Positions 15,869 to 25,170 of a DNA stretch of 64,000 bases are shown piece after piece. The notes beneath the pieces were generated by a model that worked only from the letters and a program-made list of their open reading frames with translations, had not been told where the DNA came from and searched no databases. The position numbers and the translations under genes are program-made. Source of the stretch: Candidatus Campbellbacteria bacterium GW2011_OD1_34_28 (GTDB lineage Bacteria; Patescibacteriota; Minisyncoccia; Phycocordibacterales; UBA12079); contig CP011215.1 in NCBI GenBank assembly GCA_001029775.1, positions 618,303 through 682,302 of the forward strand, in the 5' to 3' direction. Position 1 is the stretch's first letter; every line of letters begins with the position of its first letter.

Positions 15869-16963
15869 TTATATAATTTTTGTTACCAATTCAACACTAT
15901 CAACCTTCTTTATTTCAAACTTTATCTTTCCCAATACCTGTCCTTTGTTATTTTTTACATAAACTCTCCATTTACCATCTATAGCATTATTCATAAGAGA
16001 ATACCCCCGATATCCTTTATCTCGCCCGCCTTTTATGGCATAACTAACTTCATTCAAAGTGACCCATTCCCCTATTTTCTCGTCGTATCTTTGCCAGATA
16101 TGGGTGATCTCTGTATTTAAGTCAGTTGGAGCAAACACAGAGGCATAAACATACACAGGGCTGTTGTTATTCATCTTATTGAATTCATTTTTCCAGTCAC
16201 GGTATGCGTCTTTCAAAAAATTAAATTTTTCTTCTCGCACCAAATAATTTCCGTCTGATGTTTTTTCAACATAATGATAGACTTCTAATTGTTTCAAAGA
16301 TAAAGGAACAGGAGGAATAATATTTGTAAAATACATTAAATTAAAGCCCAAAAAAATCAAAAAAATATCCCTCGTCAATTTTTTTTCTCTTTTCAAACCC
16401 AGATGCGAAATATATTTGAAAAAGAAAAACATCAAAGCATAAATAACAACCAAACTAATAACACCGCTCAATAAAAATATTCCGCTACCAATCTTTTTTA
16501 AAACAACAGGAACAAAGAAAATCAAATATGAAAAAATTGCGACAAAAAGAACCTTTATCTGAAAATTGAAGTCATTATAATATTTTCTAAATCTTTCGTT
16601 TCCTATAAAAAAACCATATATAACAAGCAAAAAAATCCAACTGGAAGCAAGAGAAGCACTCTTGGTATAAAATATCACATACCCACTAAACAAACCTCCA
16701 AAAGCAAACTGAGTTAAAAGAAGCAAAAAACTTTTCCATTTGTTTTCAATATTTCTTGCTTGAAATAGATTTATCAAAATAATGCTCGCCGTTGCAATAA
16801 ACAAATAACCGAGCAATATAACATTGTCAAAAACTCTATCAATTCTGGTCAATGTCAGATTGTCAAAAATCAGACCGCCAATGAAAAAAGCCGGTACCAA
16901 ATACCTCTCATTCTTTTCTGCCCAACTTCTAACAGTTAAAATTTTTGCTTTTATAGCTTTCAT
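15869..16963 (-). CDS. Polytopic membrane protein with a C-terminal soluble beta-rich domain, possibly DUF2914-like (364 aa).
   Basis: About six TM helices. The C-terminal ...ITHIWQRY...GGRDKGYRGYS...GKWRVYV... pattern is recalled from DUF2914. Family assignment is tentative. Confidence 0.5.
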   Translation of the reverse strand: MKAIKAKILTVRSWAEKNERYLVPAFFIGGLIFDNLTLTRIDRVFDNVILLGYLFIATASIILINLFQARNIENKWKSFLLLLTQFAFGGLFSGYVIFYTKSASLASSWIFLLVIYGFFIGNERFRKYYNDFNFQIKVLFVAIFSYLIFFVPVVLKKIGSGIFLLSGVISLVVIYALMFFFFKYISHLGLKREKKLTRDIFLIFLGFNLMYFTNIIPPVPLSLKQLEVYHYVEKTSDGNYLVREEKFNFLKDAYRDWKNEFNKMNNNSPVYVYASVFAPTDLNTEITHIWQRYDEKIGEWVTLNEVSYAIKGGRDKGYRGYSLMNNAIDGKWRVYVKNNKGQVLGKIKFEIKKVDSVELVTKII

Positions 16964-17076
16964 AATTATTTATAATATTAACATAAAGGGCTTTCTTTGA
17001 CACCGAGTTACAATATATGTATATTTACATCAGAATAATTCATCTAAAAAGAGCAATTCAACAGAGAGGATTACAA

Positions 17077-17664
17077 ATGGATAACGAAGAAAACACCTTA
17101 ACAACAAAAGTATTTATTTCCATCGGGACGATAATGGAAGAAACCAAAAAGGTTATTAAAGCAACAGAGAAAAAAGTTCTTGCAAAACAAAAAATAATAG
17201 AAAAAATCATCGCAGACTATAATAAAATTAGAATCGAAAAAATGGCTGAAATGTTGTCGAAAAGCATAGATGACAAATGCGACAAATGCGGACAAACTCT
17301 TGACCCCAATAAAATATTTCTCTTTCAATCCGGATATGACTATAACGAACACTCTTGGAGACCAACACAAATATTGAGGGTGTGTAGAGATTGTTCTATT
17401 TTTTTGGAAGCACGCAACGGGACATGGACCAAATGCGATTGCGGCCCGGAAGGGAGACAGACAATTTTTATTGCCAAATTAATAACCAGCACAGACCTTT
17501 TAAAAGAAGGTACCGTAAATGATCAAAGAGAGGAAATGGTCATGACATACCTTGCAGGAAAAAATATTCCCCCAGAATTTATTATAGAAAAAGAAAATGA
17601 ATATATTACCGGAATCTTTTTTGTAAGTCCCGATGGAAAAATTAACAAAATTGAAGCGCTCTAA
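17077..17664 (+). CDS. Hypothetical protein with zinc-ribbon-like CDKCGQ...CRDC...CDC motifs. The track ORF starts at 17017.
   Basis: Internal ATG at 17077 is preceded by AGAGAGG. Terminator at 17669-17716. Confidence 0.5.
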   Translation: MDNEENTLTTKVFISIGTIMEETKKVIKATEKKVLAKQKIIEKIIADYNKIRIEKMAEMLSKSIDDKCDKCGQTLDPNKIFLFQSGYDYNEHSWRPTQILRVCRDCSIFLEARNGTWTKCDCGPEGRQTIFIAKLITSTDLLKEGTVNDQREEMVMTYLAGKNIPPEFIIEKENEYITGIFFVSPDGKINKIEAL

Positions 17665-17668
17665 ATTC

Positions 17669-17716
17669 CAGCTCGTTTGAATCACTTACACAGGTGGTCC
17701 AAACGAGCTGTTTTTA
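17669..17716 (+). terminator. Rho-independent terminator.
   Basis: CAGCTCGTTTG...CAAACGAGCTG, an 11-bp stem, followed by TTTTT. Confidence 0.75.
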
Positions 17717-17743
17717 TTTTATAAATAATGTAAGATAAGTCTC

Positions 17744-18457
17744 ATGGAAGAAATACAATATCCAATCAGAATAAACCGCTATCTTTTTTTAAAAGGTTTT
17801 TGCAGTCGTCGAGAAGCGGACCGTTTGATTGAAAAAGGTCAAATAAAAATAAACGGAAAAACTGCTTTAATTGGCCAAAAAATAGATGAAAAAGATAAGG
17901 TGGAAATAAGCAAAAAAGTAGAACAAATCGCTGAGAATCGTGTTTATTTAGCATTTAACAAACCCCGTGGTATCGTAACTCACGACCCACAAGAAGGCCA
18001 AGAAAGTATCGAGGATGTCTTGAAATATCCGAAAAAGGTTTTTCCATTAGGAAGGTTGGATAAAGAATCTGATGGGCTAATCCTCCTAACCAATGATGGT
18101 AGAATAACCAACGCTCTTTTAAATCCAGAAGAAAACCACGAGAAAGAATATCTTGTTGAGGTAAATCACAGATTGTCCATTGATGCGATAAAAAAAATAG
18201 AAGGAGGAGTAATTATTGATAAATACAGGACCAAACCTGCAAAAATAAAAAAAGTTTCTCCCCGAGAATTTCATATCATATTAACCGAAGGCAAGAAACA
18301 CCAGATCAGGAGAATGTGTTCTGCATTAAATCTTGATGTCGTAAGCTTGAAAAGAATACGAGTAATGAGCATAAAACTTGGAAATCTAAAACCTGGTCAA
18401 TACAGAGAGCTAAAAGGAGTAGAGCTGAAAAAGTTTTTGTCAGATTTGAAATTTTAA
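17744..18457 (+). CDS. rluB: rRNA pseudouridine synthase, RsuA/RluB family (237 aa).
   Basis: N-terminal S4 domain (RINRYLFLKGFCSRREADRLI). NKPRGIVTH and LGRLDKESDGLILLTNDG catalytic-Asp motifs. Confidence 0.85.
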   Translation: MEEIQYPIRINRYLFLKGFCSRREADRLIEKGQIKINGKTALIGQKIDEKDKVEISKKVEQIAENRVYLAFNKPRGIVTHDPQEGQESIEDVLKYPKKVFPLGRLDKESDGLILLTNDGRITNALLNPEENHEKEYLVEVNHRLSIDAIKKIEGGVIIDKYRTKPAKIKKVSPREFHIILTEGKKHQIRRMCSALNLDVVSLKRIRVMSIKLGNLKPGQYRELKGVELKKFLSDLKF

Positions 18458-18468
18458 AGATTTAATTA

Positions 18469-18499
18469 TAAAAATACAGGGACCGAGTCCCTGTATTTT
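18469..18499. terminator. Bidirectional terminator between rluB (+) and parB (-).
   Basis: AAAATACAGGGAC cga GTCCCTGTATTTT. Confidence 0.75.
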
Positions 18500-18503
18500 A
18501 GTT

Positions 18504-19607
18504 TTAAATCGTAAAATCTTTTATTGAGTATAAATCGGATTCATCTTCTTTTGGCTGTTGATCTGGAACACTCTCCGCCATAACATCGTCTTTGTCCCAA
18601 TCTGTCTCCTCTATCATTGTCTTTTCTTCTTGTGTCGGAATCATTGCTTCTTCTTCTGTGGCAATATTTTCTGCAACAACATTTTCCGCAACAACATCCA
18701 AATCATTACCTTCGGGAACTGTCTCAACAATTCCATTTGTCTTTATATAATTGTCCAACATTTCATAAGGATTTTTCTTTTCATTTGAGTGAACAAGTTC
18801 TAGAATCTTTCTCAAATCTTCATTAGAAAAGAAATCTATTGTCAATTTGCCTCCGACTTCCCTTCTCTCAATTTGTACTCTTGTGCCCAAAGATTCTGAC
18901 AATTGTCCCTCCAATTCTACCATCTCTGGATCAGGGGGAAGATATCTTTTTCTGATTTTGTCATGAGCAATTTTTCTTGCGATTGCTTCTGCATCACGAA
19001 CTGTCAATTTTTTAAAGACAATTTCTTTAAACAAAGTATCTTGTTCTTCCGGTCTATCTTTCAACATCAGAATTGGTCTAGCGTGTCCTTCGGTAATCTG
19101 TCCTGCAGAAATTGCTTTTTGCATTTCATCTGGAAGTGTCAAAAGTCTTAAACTGTTTGAAACATATTCCCTACTTTTTCCTACTTTTTTTGCAACTTCA
19201 TTGTGCTTAAAACCAAATTCTTCTGTTAGTCTATGGAAAGCCAACGCTCTGTCGATCGGGTTAAGATCTTCTCTCTGCAAGTTTTCAATAATTGCCAATT
19301 CAAGTTTTGCTCCTTCGTCTTGATCTCCTTCTCTAATGATTACTGGCACTTGTGACAAACCCGCCAATTTTGATGCTCGCAATCTTCTTTCTCCTGCGAT
19401 CAATTCGTATTCTGCCATCAAACCGCCGTCTGGTTTTTGTATTTCATACCGTGTTACAACGAGAGGTTGAAGCACCCCATACTGACGGATTGAATCCGCC
19501 AAAAGTTTAAGCTTATCCTCGCTAAATTCTTTTCTTGGCTGATATGGATTTGGTTTTATTTTTTCTACTTCAATCCAAAAGATTGAATCATTTTGAAATT
19601 TTGACAT
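18504..19607 (-). CDS. parB: Chromosome partitioning protein ParB/Spo0J with an acidic C-terminal extension (367 aa).
   Basis: ParB box GERRLRASKLAGL, an HTH, and an N-terminal ...KIKPNPYQPR.... No parA lies adjacent. Confidence 0.9.
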   Translation of the reverse strand: MSKFQNDSIFWIEVEKIKPNPYQPRKEFSEDKLKLLADSIRQYGVLQPLVVTRYEIQKPDGGLMAEYELIAGERRLRASKLAGLSQVPVIIREGDQDEGAKLELAIIENLQREDLNPIDRALAFHRLTEEFGFKHNEVAKKVGKSREYVSNSLRLLTLPDEMQKAISAGQITEGHARPILMLKDRPEEQDTLFKEIVFKKLTVRDAEAIARKIAHDKIRKRYLPPDPEMVELEGQLSESLGTRVQIERREVGGKLTIDFFSNEDLRKILELVHSNEKKNPYEMLDNYIKTNGIVETVPEGNDLDVVAENVVAENIATEEEAMIPTQEEKTMIEETDWDKDDVMAESVPDQQPKEDESDLYSIKDFTI

Positions 19608-19758
19608 GAGATTATTTTAACATAAAAATTTTTCATTACCCAAAATTTTTGGTAAATAATTGTGGAGATATGGTGGAAAACCAAAGAATTGATTTTTTGG
19701 AAGAATTTAGTTATTATATCCTTACTTAAATTTTAAATTGTACTTTTAATTTTTTAAT

Positions 19759-19843
19759 GCCGAGGTGGTGGAATTGGTATACACGCACGACTCAAAATCG
19801 TGTCTCGCAAGGGATGGGAGTTCGACTCTCCCCCTCGGCACCA
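19759..19843 (+). tRNA. tRNA-Leu (anticodon CAA), type II with a long variable arm. CCA encoded.
   Basis: Acceptor GCCGAGG/CCTCGGC. Anticodon arm CACGA-CTCAAAA-TCGTG. Variable stem-loop TCTC-gcaa-GGGA. T-arm GGGAG-TTCGACT-CTCCC, ending ACCA. Confidence 0.85.
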
Positions 19844-19892
19844 CAATCAATCATAATTTAGCGTGAGCACGACTCGCTGCTAGTCAAATTTG

Positions 19893-19937
19893 CGTGTCTC
19901 GCAAGGGATGGGAGTTCGACTCTCCCCCTCGGCACCA
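19893..19937 (+). pseudogene. Tandem duplicate of the 3' 45 nt of tRNA-Leu (variable arm, T-arm, acceptor and CCA). It lacks a matching 5' half.
   Basis: CGTGTCTCGCAAGGGATGGGAGTTCGACTCTCCCCCTCGGCACCA is identical to the 3' portion of the upstream tRNA. No GCCGAGG acceptor 5' strand precedes it. Confidence 0.8.
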
Positions 19938-19946
19938 AAAATAAAA

Positions 19947-19987
19947 AACTGCAATATTCGTGAGTATGAATATTGCGGTTTTTTGTT
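19947..19987 (+). terminator. Terminator after the tRNA-Leu locus.
   Basis: CTGCAATATTC gtgagtatg GAATATTGCGG followed by TTTTTTG. Confidence 0.7.
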
Positions 19988-20108
19988 TTTGGTGCACATT
20001 TTTGTTTTGTATAATCGCTTCAAATTTTTAGTAAAGACAATGACTTCGCAACAAAAACCACCGGATCCTCACGCGGTGATTTTTGATTATCTTTCACTAG
20101 CCAATTAT

Positions 20109-20888
20109 TTATTGTGCTGTACGGAAAGAAGCAGGAGTGGTTATGCTCACATTTTTTGATGAGTCAAACACCACAATCAAATAGTAATATGTTGTATTTG
20201 ATGTGAGGTTATTGATGTTTACCGTGTGAGTAACACGGGCAAGACCATCATATTGAGCCAATGTTCCAGTTACTATAGGTTCTCCTGAGAAAACTCCAGT
20301 TGCATCAAATATATTACTTATTCTAATAGGTGATGTACTGTAATATACTTTTCCCATAGAAGCTTCACTTGCTGTCCAAGTAACGGATGCTCCATCATTA
20401 TCAGTAGTTACATTTATACTTTTTATTGTAGGAGCATAAACATCCCCACCAACATTTCCACCACCTCCAAGTCTTGCATTAATAGCAGCTTGTGTTAGTG
20501 GACCAACACGACCATAACCAGTTGTCGCTGGTGTTCCTTGGGAAACGATTCCCACCGATGTTTGAAATCTTTCTACTGCTGCTTTGGTAAGTTGACCAAA
20601 GTATCCAGTAACCAAACCTTCAGGATAGATACTCACATCTGTAGCGAGATATGTCTGAAGTTCAGTGACTTCCGAACCACGGTCACCAAGGTCCAACTGA
20701 CTAGTGATGACAGCATAGGCACTTTGAACGCCAAAGACCAACAAAGCAAGCATGGTCATCATTGTCACACCAAAGAGAAAACCTATGCGTGGTATATTCT
20801 TTTGTAAATTTATTATTTTGTTCATGTTATTTTTGTTTAGATTAATAATAGAGATTGTTAAGTTAAAATGTTTTACATGATCGACCAT
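20109..20888 (-). CDS. Secreted protein with a peptidoglycan-binding domain (PG_binding_1) and a C-terminal Ig/FN3-like beta domain. An internal ATG at 20825 is possible.
   Basis: Signal/anchor helix. DLGDRGSEVTELQTYL...DGYFGQLTKAAVERFQ matches the PGBD consensus. Confidence 0.65.
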   Translation of the reverse strand: MVDHVKHFNLTISIINLNKNNMNKIINLQKNIPRIGFLFGVTMMTMLALLVFGVQSAYAVITSQLDLGDRGSEVTELQTYLATDVSIYPEGLVTGYFGQLTKAAVERFQTSVGIVSQGTPATTGYGRVGPLTQAAINARLGGGGNVGGDVYAPTIKSINVTTDNDGASVTWTASEASMGKVYYSTSPIRISNIFDATGVFSGEPIVTGTLAQYDGLARVTHTVNINNLTSNTTYYYLIVVFDSSKNVSITTPASFRTAQ

Positions 20889-20998
20889 TCATGTTTGTAA
20901 TCTCTCTACCTATAGTGCCGTTTCAAATGCACTTTCATTACAAACTTCATTACAGTTTTCATTACAAACATCTTTTGGGCCAAATTTTAAACAGTTTT

Positions 20999-21670
20999 TT
21001 AACGACTTATTTCCGGTTCGTCTACCTTTCTCTTTAAATTTTCTATATAAATTTCCAGCCTTTCTATTCTTTCCTCTGTTTCATCTTCAAATTGTTTTGT
21101 GTGAAGGGCAAGCATCTCAGCAACACTCATCATTTCTGTAACATCTTCTATGGCAAGAAGTATGATTGGAGGAAAAGAAGGATCCTCCTTCACATGAATT
21201 TGGCGAGCATTTAAAATCATGGACTTATGCCCAATAGAAGGAAAATCATGAGAAACTTCAAATCCCTTGAAAAAAGTATTTTTAGGCAAAATATCTTCAA
21301 GCAGTTTTCGTAAAGCTGGAATATTCCATTGGCCATTTCCCAACTCATATACAATTTTTTGTTCAGTGTCCCCGGCCTCTACTTGAAATACTCGGTAAAA
21401 AGATTCATTGGCTGCCATCACACGAAAATTTTTATCTAAAATTAAAACAGGTTCGTGTACAACATCGACTACAGTTTTAATATATGTCCAACTTTTTTCC
21501 CAAAAATGATCTACGAAATCAGCTCCGATAGTAGCAAATATTTGTCCTGCATTATTATTTTTTTTATTTTTCTCCATATACAATAACAGCCGAAAAAAAA
21601 AGAATATCATTACAAAAACTCGCTCTAAAATATATGGCATGTTATACTTAGGTATCAAATATTCACTCAT
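20999..21670 (-). CDS. PAS-domain protein with a C-terminal coiled coil. The true start is probably the internal ATG near 21577.
   Basis: The PAS core ...VVDVVHEPVLILDKNFRVMAANESFYRVF...WNIPALRKLLEDIL... is clear. The N-terminal 31 residues of the track ORF look non-coding. Confidence 0.6.
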   Translation of the reverse strand: MSEYLIPKYNMPYILERVFVMIFFFFRLLLYMEKNKKNNNAGQIFATIGADFVDHFWEKSWTYIKTVVDVVHEPVLILDKNFRVMAANESFYRVFQVEAGDTEQKIVYELGNGQWNIPALRKLLEDILPKNTFFKGFEVSHDFPSIGHKSMILNARQIHVKEDPSFPPIILLAIEDVTEMMSVAEMLALHTKQFEDETEERIERLEIYIENLKRKVDEPEISR

Positions 21671-21819
21671 TTGTAAGACACTGTTGTAATACTTTAGTAA
21701 TAAAGTATGAGATATTCAATCTCAAATTCCCTTTCAAAATATAAACTTTAAAAAAAATTCCAGTACCCTTTGTAATACTTGTGTAATAAAATAACCCCGG
21801 GTTCGGCTTATATAATATT

Positions 21820-22350
21820 ATGATTATGACACCGAAACAAAAGAATAAGCGGGATATAATATTGACCATGGCACACCGCAACTATGAAAAAGGTATGAGT
21901 TCGTACGCTTTCTTCAAAGTGCAGAATAGTGCGATGAGCAAGGATTTGGTTCAGGACACTTTCATAAAAACTTGGAAATATCTCGTTAGAAACGGAAAGA
22001 TTGATTTGATGAAACCATTTTTATACCACATTCTAAACCAATTGATCATTGATGAATATCGTAAAAAATATCGTAAGAATAAAACAACTTCCCTTGATGC
22101 TCTTATGGAAAAAGGATTTGAGCCAGGCTTTGATAATTCGGAACGCATGATAAATACTTTTGATGGCAAAGCTATCTTACTTTTAATTCAATATCTCCCA
22201 ACAAAATACGAAAAGGTCGTACGTATGCGATATGTTCAGAATCTCTCACTTAAAGAGATCTCCCTCATAACGGGGCAATCTAGAAATGCCGTCGCTGTGC
22301 AAGCATATCGGGGACTTGCGAAACTGAAAAAATTATATAATCACAAATAA
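21820..22350 (+). CDS. ECF-type RNA polymerase sigma-70 factor (176 aa).
   Basis: Sigma region 2 (DLVQDTFIKTWKYL) and region 4 HTH (LSLKEISLITGQSRNAVAVQAYRGLAKLK). Confidence 0.8.
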   Translation: MIMTPKQKNKRDIILTMAHRNYEKGMSSYAFFKVQNSAMSKDLVQDTFIKTWKYLVRNGKIDLMKPFLYHILNQLIIDEYRKKYRKNKTTSLDALMEKGFEPGFDNSERMINTFDGKAILLLIQYLPTKYEKVVRMRYVQNLSLKEISLITGQSRNAVAVQAYRGLAKLKKLYNHK

Positions 22351-22354
22351 AAAT

Positions 22355-22486
22355 ATGCTTTGGACAATAATAATCGTTTTGTTTATTCTATGGCTTCTCG
22401 GATTTAGTTTTAATGTAGGAGGTAATCTTATTCACACTTTACTTGTTATTGCGCTCATCGTCCTTATTGTTAACCTCTTATCTTAA
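22355..22486 (+). CDS. Small hydrophobic protein of the lmo0937 family (43 aa), MLWTIIIVLFILWLLGFSFNVGGNLIHTLLVIALIVLIVNLLS. Absent from the ORF track because it is under 60 aa.
   Basis: Read directly from the sequence. Near-textbook match to the lmo0937/DUF5670 family (MLWTII..LL..WLLGF...GG.LIH.LLVIA). Followed by a strong terminator. Confidence 0.6.
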   Translation: MLWTIIIVLFILWLLGFSFNVGGNLIHTLLVIALIVLIVNLLS

Positions 22487-22518
22487 ACATAACAAATCTA
22501 AAGAATGAACCAGAAACA

Positions 22519-22560
22519 AAAATGCCGAAATTTATGCGACCGCATAAATTTCGGCATTTT
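22519..22560. terminator. Bidirectional terminator with a long hairpin.
   Basis: AAATGCCGAAATTTATGCG acc GCATAAATTTCGGCATTT, an 18-bp stem. Confidence 0.8.
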
Positions 22561-22601
22561 TGCTTACTTATTACTTTAATCTTGCTACTTAATGCTAGCA
22601 G

Positions 22602-23303
22602 TTATGTAATAACTGATATGTGTTCCAATAACATTTTTACTGAAGGAGACCTATCGTTCAAAAAACTGCGACAATTCATAATCTCATTAAAAATAATTTG
22701 ATCTTTTTCTTTTACATTTTTAAAATCAATGTCTTCCCTCAACTGTTTTTCTAATTCATTTAAAAACCTGATTGCACCGCTTTTATCAGCTGGCTCTTTT
22801 TTCTTGCTATCACCAAAATAAATTTTTACCATTTCCAATCTCTCTGCCAGAGAAGACTTTATAAATTTCTTTGCAAACTTTTCTATCTCTATCTCGGAAT
22901 CACTTTCTGAATATGGTCGCACAAGCATCAGCCTTGATTTTAATGTTGGTAAAAGTATCTCGGACGAATTCATAATTATAAAAAAATGAGTATGAGGAGT
23001 AGGTTCTTCAAACATTTTCAAAAGAGAATTTTGTGCCTCTCTGGTAATAAAATTCATTTTAATCACAAAAAACTGTTTTCCCCCGTTAAAAGATTTTTTG
23101 GATTGTAATTCATTTATTTTTCTTCCGTCATCAATTCCAAAAGTCTCAAATTCTCCAAACCAAAAATCAGGATTATTTTTTGTAGAAAATTTTAAAACAT
23201 CTTCAAAAAGATTTATTATTTGAGCAACAATCTCCAAAGAATCGCTTTCTATCAAATAAGCGTGATGAAGGCTGTCTTTATGTTTAATTATTTCGCGTAA
23301 CAT
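22602..23303 (-). CDS. holB: DNA polymerase III delta-prime (HolB)-like clamp-loader subunit (233 aa).
   Basis: HHAYLI...; ...T.EAQNSLLKMFEEPTPHTHFFIIMNSSEILLPTLKSRLMLVR matches the delta-prime sensor/box motifs (LLKtLEEPp...fiL.t....lLpTIrSRC). Walker A is degenerate, as is usual for delta-prime. Confidence 0.6.
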   Translation of the reverse strand: MLREIIKHKDSLHHAYLIESDSLEIVAQIINLFEDVLKFSTKNNPDFWFGEFETFGIDDGRKINELQSKKSFNGGKQFFVIKMNFITREAQNSLLKMFEEPTPHTHFFIIMNSSEILLPTLKSRLMLVRPYSESDSEIEIEKFAKKFIKSSLAERLEMVKIYFGDSKKKEPADKSGAIRFLNELEKQLREDIDFKNVKEKDQIIFNEIMNCRSFLNDRSPSVKMLLEHISVIT

Positions 23304-23405
23304 TGATTAAAGTATAAGCGGATATGTTAAAAGTATAAAGCGTTGACAAACAATATTGGTTATAGTTAAATCATTTAAGAATAAAGAATTCTTTACACAA
23401 AAACA

Positions 23406-23732
23406 ATGCTGGAGGAGAAGATGAAAGAATACACATTTTATGCTTATGACAAAACAAAATATGTCATCCAATTAATTGATGGCAAAGCAATTATTGATCC
23501 ACCTTGTGGGGCTATGTTTGCTCTGGAAACAAATGTCACAGAAATAATTGCGGCTCCATCTGTTCAAGATCATAATGCCAACATATCTCCAAAAGACTTT
23601 GGGAACTATCTGGAATTTCTTGAACATGGAGATGGATCTTCTATAAATGTGAATATTAAAATTTATGAAGGAACTTTTTCTCTAACAATATTTCCAAATG
23701 GATTATTCTTTCCAAGCAGAAGAGAACTTTAA
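23406..23732 (+). CDS. Hypothetical protein (108 aa).
   Basis: SD GGAGGAG precedes the ATG. Terminator at 23765-23797. Confidence 0.5.
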   Translation: MLEEKMKEYTFYAYDKTKYVIQLIDGKAIIDPPCGAMFALETNVTEIIAAPSVQDHNANISPKDFGNYLEFLEHGDGSSINVNIKIYEGTFSLTIFPNGLFFPSRREL

Positions 23733-23764
23733 TATCTATTTTGTTTTCAAAAAAGATATACAAA

Positions 23765-23797
23765 AAGCACAGACTAAAAATCTGTGCTTTTTTTAAT
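23765..23797 (+). terminator. Rho-independent terminator.
   Basis: AAAAGCACAG actaaaaat CTGTGCTTTTTTT. Confidence 0.7.
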
Positions 23798-23969
23798 TAT
23801 AACTTTGAATTATGAAATTGGATTTTCTGGATCGCTTCGTTTCATTCGCGAAGACGAACAAGTCAGTTTCATTCGTGCTGTCAGCTGTAAGTTGTTGGCT
23901 ATTGGCTTCGTTATTCCACATCTTCCTGTTTCTCACAAAGGCTACAAAATATGCCAAATTTAGAATTAT

Positions 23970-24989
23970 TTATCTTTTTGAGATGACGGATTTCTTGTAG
24001 GTGTCTAAGTGTTCCAAAGCGATACCTGTTCCTTTAGCAACACAATAAAGAGGATCTTTTGCTAAAACTGCTTTAACACCTGTTTTTTGTTTTACCAATT
24101 CTGTTAGGTTTCTTAATTGAGAAGATCCTCCTGTCATAGTGATTCCTTGATCAATAATATCCGCAGACAATTCTGGTGGTGTATCGTGCAAAACATCTTT
24201 AATTGCTTTTATTATTTCATTTAATTCTTTTTGCAACCCCTTAACAATCTCGTTTGTTCCGATCTCAACAGACCTTGGAAGACCTGAAACAAAGTCTCTC
24301 CCTTTTACTTCAAATTTCAATTCTTCTTTTTCTTTTACCATAACCGCTGAACCAATTTTCATTTTTATATCCTCGGCTGTTTTGTCTCCAATTGAAAGAT
24401 TGTGAGTTTTTTTAACATAATCAACAATAGCATGATCCATTTTGTCTCCTGCACATTTTACAGAAGTAGAGGCAACTATACCTCCCAAAGAAATAACAGC
24501 GACATCGGTTGTTCCTCCTCCAATATCTACTACCATATTGCCGTTAGCTTCTTCAATCAAAATTCCTGCTCCAATTGCAGCCAGAATAGGCTCTTTTACA
24601 ACATAAGCCTTCCTCGCTCCTGCTTTCATCGCTGCTTCAATTACCGCTCTTCTTTCTGTAGAAGTAACACCAGCAGGTACAGATACCAAAACATCTGGCT
24701 TGAAAAAATTCCATTTTCCAAGAGCTTTTTCAATATAATAACGAAGCATTGCTTCTGTCACTCTATAATCGGCGATTACTCCGTTTCTCATAGGTCGATA
24801 TGCAATAATGTTGTCAGGAGTTTTTCCAATCATTCTTTTTGCCTCAAGCCCTACTGCCAAAATTTGATTATCCATTTCTGAAACAGCAACAACAGAAGGT
24901 TCATTCAAGATAACCCCTTTCCCTGGAACATAGACCAAAGTATTGGCTGTTCCTAAATCTATTCCTAATTTTTTTGTAAACATTCCCAT
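23970..24989 (-). CDS. mreB: Rod-shape determining actin homolog MreB (339 aa).
   Basis: GIDLGTANTLVYV phosphate-1 motif, a DIGGGTTDVAV phosphate-2-like motif, and MreB-specific length. Confidence 0.93.
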   Translation of the reverse strand: MGMFTKKLGIDLGTANTLVYVPGKGVILNEPSVVAVSEMDNQILAVGLEAKRMIGKTPDNIIAYRPMRNGVIADYRVTEAMLRYYIEKALGKWNFFKPDVLVSVPAGVTSTERRAVIEAAMKAGARKAYVVKEPILAAIGAGILIEEANGNMVVDIGGGTTDVAVISLGGIVASTSVKCAGDKMDHAIVDYVKKTHNLSIGDKTAEDIKMKIGSAVMVKEKEELKFEVKGRDFVSGLPRSVEIGTNEIVKGLQKELNEIIKAIKDVLHDTPPELSADIIDQGITMTGGSSQLRNLTELVKQKTGVKAVLAKDPLYCVAKGTGIALEHLDTYKKSVISKR

Positions 24990-25048
24990 AATAAAATTTT
25001 TATTCTAAAAATTTCAAATCCTAAATTCTAATACCTAAATCCTAAACA

Positions 25049-25068
25049 CCTGCCTGCCGGCAGGCAGG
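25049..25068. repeat. 20-bp perfect GC-rich palindrome CCTGCCTGCCGGCAGGCAGG, 60 nt upstream of the mreB start.
   Basis: Perfect palindrome. Shares a 16-nt core with the copy at 4507-4522. Confidence 0.85.
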
Positions 25069-25170
25069 AATTCAAATTTTTTAATTTTCCAATTTTCAAA
25101 ACTTTTTGTATTTTGAATTTTGGATTTTTTGAGTTTGTTTAGAATTTAGAGTTTAGTGCTTAGAATTTTT

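Noticed and set aside
19877-19937. Second tRNA-Leu-like sequence considered as a functional second tRNA.
   Set aside because: No 5' acceptor strand complementary to CCTCGGC and no D-arm. Only the 3' 45 nt are present.
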